Assembly: GCA_963812015.1 (NCBI GenBank)
Contig: CAWETI010000003.1
Location: 896,001-960,000 of the forward strand
DNA from: an uncultured delta proteobacterium
GTDB lineage: Bacteria; Desulfobacterota; Desulfobaccia; Desulfobaccales; 0-14-0-80-60-11
Reading direction: 5' to 3'
DNA: 64,000 nucleotides
The notes beneath the pieces are model-generated. The model was not told the origin of the DNA and made no database searches. It was given only the letters and a program-made list of their open reading frames with translations. The position numbers were made by a program, and so were the translations under genes. This document shows positions 58,474 through 64,000 of this stretch, in pieces. The first letter of the stretch is position 1. Each line of letters opens with the position of its first letter.

Positions 58474-59913
58474 ATGGTCAAGCTGCGGCAAATCGACGAA
58501 TACCGTTGGGAGATACCCCGGGAAGGCAAGATGCGCACCCGGGGGCTGATCTTTTGTTCCAGAGAGATGCTCCCGCTCATTGAGGAGGACCAGAGCCTCC
58601 AGCAGGTGGCCAATGTGGCGACCCTGCCGGGGATCGTGGGCCCCTCCCTGGCCATGCCCGACATCCACTGGGGCTACGGCTTCGCCATCGGCGGCGTGGC
58701 GGCCTTCGACCTGGAGGAGGGGGTGGTTTCCCCCGGCGGCGTGGGCTACGACATCAACTGCGGCGTGCGCCTGCTCCGCACCAAGCTGAGCAAAGAGCAG
58801 GTGGAGCCCCAGATGGAAGCCCTGGTGAATGCTTTGTTCACCAACATCCCGTCGGGGGTGGGTTCCCGACGCCAGGATTTCAAGCTCACCGGTTCCGGCC
58901 TGAAGAAGGTGCTCAAGGGGGGGGCGAGCTGGGCGGTGAAGGAGGGCTTCGGGGGGGCTTCTGATCTGGCGCACATCGAGGCCGGGGGCGTCATCGAGGG
59001 GGCCGACCCGGACCTGGTCTCGGAGTTTGCCATGAACCGGGGCAAGGACCAGTTGGGCACCCTGGGTTCGGGCAACCACTTTGTGGAAGTGGGGTATGTC
59101 GATGAGATTTTTGACGCGGCGCTGGCAGCGAAGTTGGGGCTCTTCCCGGGCCAGGTGACGGCCATCGTCCACACCGGCTCCCGGGGGCTGGGGCACCAGG
59201 TGTGCGAGGACTATATCAAGGTGATGCTCAAGGCCAGCGCCAAGTACGGCATCGAGTTGCCGGACCGGCAGCTCTGCTGCGCCCCCCTCACTTCGGCGGA
59301 AGGGAAGAATTACCTGGCGGCCATGGCCGGGGCGGCCAACTTCGCCTTTGCCAACCGACAGCTCATCACCCACTGGGTGCGGGAGAGCTTTGAGCAGGTT
59401 CTGCATATGGGCCCCCGGGATCTGGGGCTGGAACTGATTTACGACGTATGCCACAACATCGCCAAGATCGAGACCCACACGGTGGAGGGCCAGCCCCGGA
59501 AGCTCTGTATCCACCGCAAGGGGGCGACCCGGGCCTTTCCGCCCCACCACCCGGAGGTGCCGGAGGCCTATCGGGAGACCGGACAGCCGGTGCTCATCCC
59601 CGGGGACATGGGCCGGTACTCTTTCGTATTGGTGGGGACCGAAAAAGCCCTTACCGAAACTTTTGGCAGCACCTGTCATGGGGCGGGGCGGAAAATGTCC
59701 CGGCACCAGGCCAAAAAGGTGGCCCGGGGGCGGTCGATCATCCAGGAGTTGGCCGAAAAAGGCATCATCGTCCGGGGCGCCGGGCGGGGCACCATCGACG
59801 AAGAGATTTCCGAGGCCTACAAGGATGTTTCGGGCGTGGTGGACGTGGTCCACGGGGCCGGGATTTCGAAGAAGGTGGCCAAATTAAAGCCGTTGGGAGT
59901 GATTAAAGGATAG
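58474..59913 (+). CDS. rtcB: RNA ligase RtcB
   Basis: MPDIHWGYG, GYDINCG, GSGNHF, HTGSRG, HRKGAT, HGAGR. Confidence 0.95.
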   Translation: MVKLRQIDEYRWEIPREGKMRTRGLIFCSREMLPLIEEDQSLQQVANVATLPGIVGPSLAMPDIHWGYGFAIGGVAAFDLEEGVVSPGGVGYDINCGVRLLRTKLSKEQVEPQMEALVNALFTNIPSGVGSRRQDFKLTGSGLKKVLKGGASWAVKEGFGGASDLAHIEAGGVIEGADPDLVSEFAMNRGKDQLGTLGSGNHFVEVGYVDEIFDAALAAKLGLFPGQVTAIVHTGSRGLGHQVCEDYIKVMLKASAKYGIELPDRQLCCAPLTSAEGKNYLAAMAGAANFAFANRQLITHWVRESFEQVLHMGPRDLGLELIYDVCHNIAKIETHTVEGQPRKLCIHRKGATRAFPPHHPEVPEAYRETGQPVLIPGDMGRYSFVLVGTEKALTETFGSTCHGAGRKMSRHQAKKVARGRSIIQELAEKGIIVRGAGRGTIDEEISEAYKDVSGVVDVVHGAGISKKVAKLKPLGVIKG

Positions 59914-60013
59914 TTTTCGGTTTCCGGTTGGCGGTTTTCTGGTATAACAAAGGTACAAATAAGGGGAATGGAGTGGTGCAGGGCGCGAGCACGCCTCGCC
60001 GGGAGGTAAAATC

Positions 60014-60514
60014 ATGGCTAAACTGATGGATTTTATCGAATTAGAAATAAAAAGCTCATTGGAGGAGATTCCAGGGAGGGCACAAACTGAGCAATGGATT
60101 GGTGAAACTCCGTGGACAAAAGGAGTAAAACAAGCCATAGTAAATGTGGGGAGAAAATTTAGTTACCTTACAGCTGCAAGTGGGACCGATTCAGATGAGG
60201 GGCAAGAATGGCTATATGATATAGTTTGGTACCAATCAGATAATGAAAAATATATGACTGATGTTCCTCTTGTTGCTGAATGTGAATGGGGCGGAGAAGG
60301 AGCAATTAAGTATGATTTTGAGAAATTACTAATTTCAAGATCGCCATATAAATTAATGATATTTCAATCTGATTCAGATAAAAATATTAATGATATTATT
60401 AATAAAATGAAGATATGGATTACCAATTTCCGTCAAACGTCGAAAAGGGATAGGTACCTTTTTGCTGGCTGGTCAAAAACCCATTGGATGTTTGAACATT
60501 ACATAGTGGCTTAG
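60014..60514 (+). CDS. AT-rich hypothetical protein, possible PD-(D/E)XK nuclease fold
   Basis: EWLYDIVW...LVAECEWG...DFEKLL; GGAGG RBS. Confidence 0.6.
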   Translation: MAKLMDFIELEIKSSLEEIPGRAQTEQWIGETPWTKGVKQAIVNVGRKFSYLTAASGTDSDEGQEWLYDIVWYQSDNEKYMTDVPLVAECEWGGEGAIKYDFEKLLISRSPYKLMIFQSDSDKNINDIINKMKIWITNFRQTSKRDRYLFAGWSKTHWMFEHYIVA

Positions 60515-60645
60515 CATATAAAATGTAGGGCGGGCATTGCGCGCCATCATAAAAGATGATTAAGAATTGTGCTGTCCAAGCAGAGCAGCGGCTCAGAATG
60601 ACAGGTTTTTAACCGAAAACCGAAAACAGAAAACAGTCTTCTAAA

Positions 60646-61983
60646 ATGTTTGATCGACTGTCCGACAAATTAAACGCCGTCTTTAAGAAGCTGAAAGGGC
60701 ACGGCAAGCTCACTGAGGCCCAGGTGGGTGAGGCCCTGCGCGAGGTGCGTCTGGCGCTGCTGGAAGCCGACGTCAATTACAAGGTCACCAAGGCTTTTAT
60801 CGAGCGCATCCGGGAGCGGGCCGTGGGGGAAGAGGTCATGCGGTCCCTCACCCCGGCCCAGCAGGTCGTCAAGATCGTCCACGAGGAGCTCACCGGGCTG
60901 TTGGGCGGGGAATCTCCCAAGCTGGACCTGAGCGGCCGGCCCCCGGTGGCCCTGATGCTGGTGGGCCTCCAGGGCTCGGGTAAAACCACCACCGCGGCCA
61001 AGCTGGCGAAGCGCTTGAAGGGGCAAGGCCGGCAGCCGTACTTGGTGCCCGCCGACGTGCAAAGGCCTGCGGCCATCGAGCAGCTCAAGCGCCTGGGGGC
61101 GGACATCGGGGTAACGGTGCATCCCACCGAGGCCAGCCAGAACCCGGTGGCCATAGCCGCCGCGGCCATGGAGGCGGCCTACGCCGCGGGCTTTGATACG
61201 GTGATCCTGGACACCGCCGGGCGGCTCCACATCGACGGACCCCTGATGGAGGAGTTGAAGGCCATCCGGGAGAAGGTCGAGCCCAACGAGATCCTGCTGG
61301 TGGCGGACGCCATGACCGGCCAGGACGCGGTGGCGGTGGGCCAGAGCTTCCATGACCTCCTCAAGCTCACCGGGGTGGTCCTGACCAAGGTGGAAGGCGA
61401 TGCCCGGGGCGGGGCGGCCCTGAGCATGCGGGAGGTGGTGGGCCAGCCCATCAAGTTTCTGGGGGTGGGGGAAAAGCTGGACGCCCTGGAGGTGTTTCAC
61501 CCGGACCGCCTGGCCTCGCGGATTTTGGGGATGGGCGATGTGCTCACCCTGATAGAAAAAGCCCAGGAGGCCTTTGACGCCGACCAGGTCAAGGATCTGG
61601 AAAAGAAGCTGCGCCATGAGGCCTTTACCCTGGATGATTTCCGGGAGCAGCTCAAGCAGATCAAGAAGATGGGCAGTATGGAACAGATTCTGGGCATGAT
61701 TCCGGGGTTGGGCGGCAAGCTCAAGGCTATGAAGGGCATGCAGCCGGACGAGGGGGAGTTGAAACGGGTGGAGGCCATCATCAGCTCCATGACCCCGGGG
61801 GAGCGCAACGACCACACCATAATCAGCGGCAGCCGCCGCCGGCGCATCGCCCTGGGCAGCGGCACCTCGGTCCAGGACGTCAATCGGCTGCTGAAGAATT
61901 TCGCCATGACCCAGAAGATGATCAGACAGGTGGCCAAAGGCGGCAAGAAGGGGAAGGGCGGCTTTCCCATGAATATTTTCTAA
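60646..61983 (+). CDS. ffh: Signal recognition particle protein
   Basis: LLEADV, GLQGSGKTT, DTAGR, Met-rich M domain. Confidence 0.97.
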   Translation: MFDRLSDKLNAVFKKLKGHGKLTEAQVGEALREVRLALLEADVNYKVTKAFIERIRERAVGEEVMRSLTPAQQVVKIVHEELTGLLGGESPKLDLSGRPPVALMLVGLQGSGKTTTAAKLAKRLKGQGRQPYLVPADVQRPAAIEQLKRLGADIGVTVHPTEASQNPVAIAAAAMEAAYAAGFDTVILDTAGRLHIDGPLMEELKAIREKVEPNEILLVADAMTGQDAVAVGQSFHDLLKLTGVVLTKVEGDARGGAALSMREVVGQPIKFLGVGEKLDALEVFHPDRLASRILGMGDVLTLIEKAQEAFDADQVKDLEKKLRHEAFTLDDFREQLKQIKKMGSMEQILGMIPGLGGKLKAMKGMQPDEGELKRVEAIISSMTPGERNDHTIISGSRRRRIALGSGTSVQDVNRLLKNFAMTQKMIRQVAKGGKKGKGGFPMNIF

Positions 61984-62078
61984 AGAAATGTGATGGTTGT
62001 CGTGGGGCGGTCCGCGAACCGCCTCTAGAGAAAGCATATCCAAGACGTTATCAAACCTAAGGAGGAGAAAGCAGCGGC

Positions 62079-62336
62079 ATGGCATTACGAATCCGATTGG
62101 CCCGTTACGGCGCCAAAAAGCGCCCATTTTATCGCATCGTGGTGAGCAACAGTGAGGCTCCCCGGGATGGCAGATTTCTGGAAATTATCGGCACCTATGA
62201 CCCGCGCCAGGAACCGGCGGCGGTATCGGTGAAGGAAGACCTGCTCCAGGAGTGGGTGAGCAAGGGCGCCACCTGCACCGATACGGTGGCCAGCTTGCTG
62301 AAGCAGCCCAGAGGAGCAGCCGCACCGGAGGCCTGA
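62079..62336 (+). CDS. rpsP: 30S ribosomal protein S16
   Basis: IRLAR.GAKKRPFYRIVV...RDGRFLE..GTYDP. Confidence 0.97.
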   Translation: MALRIRLARYGAKKRPFYRIVVSNSEAPRDGRFLEIIGTYDPRQEPAAVSVKEDLLQEWVSKGATCTDTVASLLKQPRGAAAPEA

Positions 62337-62395
62337 GCGCAGTCTAGGCGCAGCAGGGAGGTTGATCGCCCGATCCCCTGACAGAGGTGGCTACT

Positions 62396-62626
62396 ATGAA
62401 GGAATTGGTGAAGTTCATCGCACAGTCACTGGTAGATAACCCTGAACAGGTCCAGGTCAATGAAATCGAAGGGGAGCAGACCTCGGTAATTGAACTGAAG
62501 GTGGCCAAGGAAGATCTGGGAAAGGTGATCGGCAAGCAGGGGCGCACCGCCCGGGCGATGCGCACCATTCTCAGCGCCGCGTCCACCAAAATCCGCAAGC
62601 GGGCGGTCCTGGAGATCCTTGAATAA
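62396..62626 (+). CDS. khpA: KH domain RNA-binding protein
   Basis: [17 protein letters not shown]; between rpsP and rimM. Confidence 0.9.
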   Translation: MKELVKFIAQSLVDNPEQVQVNEIEGEQTSVIELKVAKEDLGKVIGKQGRTARAMRTILSAASTKIRKRAVLEILE

Positions 62627-63146
62627 CAGTTCGAAAACCCCTGAGCCGTTGATTGGTTTGGGGCAGATTTCCGGAGTTCAGGGCCTCCGGGGAGCCGTCA
62701 AGGTGCGGCCGGATGCCGAGGCGGCCACGACGGACCCGGAGGTGTTCGCCGCCCTGGGCCAGGTGTGGATCGGCGGCCAGGGCTACGCAGTCCTCGAAGC
62801 CGGGCGCCACAAAAACCAGGTGATCCTCCAGCTCGGCGGCGTCGATACCCGCAGCCAGGCCGAAGCGCTGGTGGGCCGGGCAGTTAAAGGGGACCGACGG
62901 CGGTTTCCGCCGCTGCCGCCCGGGGAGTACTACTGGTTCCAGGTGCTGGGTTTGCCGGTGATCAACGTGGACGACGGCGGCCGCTTGGGATACCTGGACC
63001 ATATCATCGCCACCCCGGGGCATGATGTCTACGTGGTGGTTGAAGGAGAGCGGGAGGTCCTGCTGCCGGCGGTGGAGGACGTGATCGTCGAGATCAACCT
63101 GGAGGAAGGAGTGATCAAGGCCTCGCCTCCCGAGGGACTTTTGTAA
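62619..63146 (+). CDS. rimM: 16S rRNA processing protein
   Basis: G.I...G..G.VKV, GEYYW, LLPAV; operon position. Confidence 0.9.
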   Translation: MNNSSKTPEPLIGLGQISGVQGLRGAVKVRPDAEAATTDPEVFAALGQVWIGGQGYAVLEAGRHKNQVILQLGGVDTRSQAEALVGRAVKGDRRRFPPLPPGEYYWFQVLGLPVINVDDGGRLGYLDHIIATPGHDVYVVVEGEREVLLPAVEDVIVEINLEEGVIKASPPEGLL

Positions 63147-63297
63147 GGGTAGGCAGCCGCCCGATCAGCGATGCGCCGAACCTGTTGATCCGGGCTTTGC
63201 TTCCTGAAGGACTTTTGTAAGGGGCAGGGCAGGCCGCTCGCATCTCCAAGGGTTTCGGTGATCGAGGCCTGTCGTGCCGGGGGATTCTTGTAAGCTT

Positions 63298-64000
63298 ATG
63301 CAGATTGACCTGTTGACCCTGTTTCCCGAGTTTTTCAGGTCACCCTTAAGCCAGAGCATGCTCCAGCGGGCCCAGGCCCAGGGGGCGGTCACCTACCGGG
63401 TGGTGAACCTGCGGGACTATGCCGGCGACCGGCACCAGGTGACGGACGACCGGCCCTTCGGTGGCGGGCCCGGGATGGTCATGAAGATCGAACCGCTGGC
63501 CGCGGCCATCCGGGCGGCCCGGGAGGACGACCCCCAAGTTCGGGTGATCCTGCTGAGCCCCTCCGGGGCGGTGTTTAACCAGGCCAAGGCCCGGGAATTA
63601 GCCGGCTTCGGCCACCTCCTGCTCATCTGCGGGCATTATGAAGGGGTGGACGAACGGGTTCATTTTTATATTGATGAAGAGCTGTCAATAGGCGATTATA
63701 TTCTAACCGGGGGGGAAATCCCGGCCCTGATCGTGCTGGATGCAGTGACCCGGCTGCTGCCCGGGGTTTTGGGGGGCGAAGGGGCCACCGAGGAAGAGTC
63801 ATTCCAGGAAGGCCTCCTGGAATATCCCCATTACACGCGGCCCCGGGTGTTCGAGGGCCGCGAGGTGCCCCAGGAGCTGCTGGAGGGCGACCACCAGCGT
63901 ATTGCCCGGTGGCGGCGCCGGCAGGCCCTGGCCCGGACGGTGCGGCGGCGACCGGATTTGCTGGCCCAAGCCGTGCTCAGTAAAGAAGACCGAGAATTCA
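63298..64000 (+). CDS. trmD: tRNA (guanine-N1)-methyltransferase, runs off window
   Basis: Hand translation MQIDLLTLFPEFF...DDRPFGGGPGMV...CGHYEGVDER...SIGDYILTGGE. Confidence 0.95.
   Translation, partial: MQIDLLTLFPEFFRSPLSQSMLQRAQAQGAVTYRVVNLRDYAGDRHQVTDDRPFGGGPGMVMKIEPLAAAIRAAREDDPQVRVILLSPSGAVFNQAKARELAGFGHLLLICGHYEGVDERVHFYIDEELSIGDYILTGGEIPALIVLDAVTRLLPGVLGGEGATEEESFQEGLLEYPHYTRPRVFEGREVPQELLEGDHQRIARWRRRQALARTVRRRPDLLAQAVLSKEDREF

Noticed and set aside
63111..63294. CRISPR array (36-nt repeats, 37-38-nt spacers)
   Set aside because: Repeats are divergent copies of rimM coding sequence, the spacers resemble each other, and there are no cas genes or leader

Overview
GC-rich chromosome segment of an anaerobic Desulfobacterota (deltaproteobacterial) organism; the Desulfobacca/Syntrophobacter-like affinity is inferred from gene content. 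The window opens with the right end of an integrative element or phage satellite (Prim-Pol gene running off the edge, xis, XRE, MerR-like gene) bounded by a duplicated 3' half of tRNA-Val(CAC). Housekeeping genes follow (alaC-like aminotransferase, hom, apgM, purQ, secDF, UvrD-like helicase, cobA/hemD, pyrBC, hsp20, tmk, tRNA-Lys/Glu, iorAB, archease-rtcB, ffh-rpsP-khpA-rimM-trmD). Three AT-rich inserts interrupt them and look like defence genes: a RAMA/DUF4357 protein plus trypsin-like protease flanked by palindromic sites, a nuclease-NACHT protein, and a small PD-(D/E)XK-like protein between inverted heptamer arrays. The centre holds a sigma54-driven hdrC-hdrB-hdrL-mvhD-metV-metF-hdrA' operon ending in an unusual HdrA'-ferredoxin-MvhD-molybdopterin-binding-GcvH-like fusion. 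It converges on a Rossmann/PAS histidine kinase gene that carries the same sigma54 promoter and enhancer motif. Also present are an orphan ParA with an McdB-like coiled-coil partner, an orphan Nif11-type peptide, several gene remnants and many REP/MITE-like repeats. All calls come from motif recognition by eye; no database searches were run.
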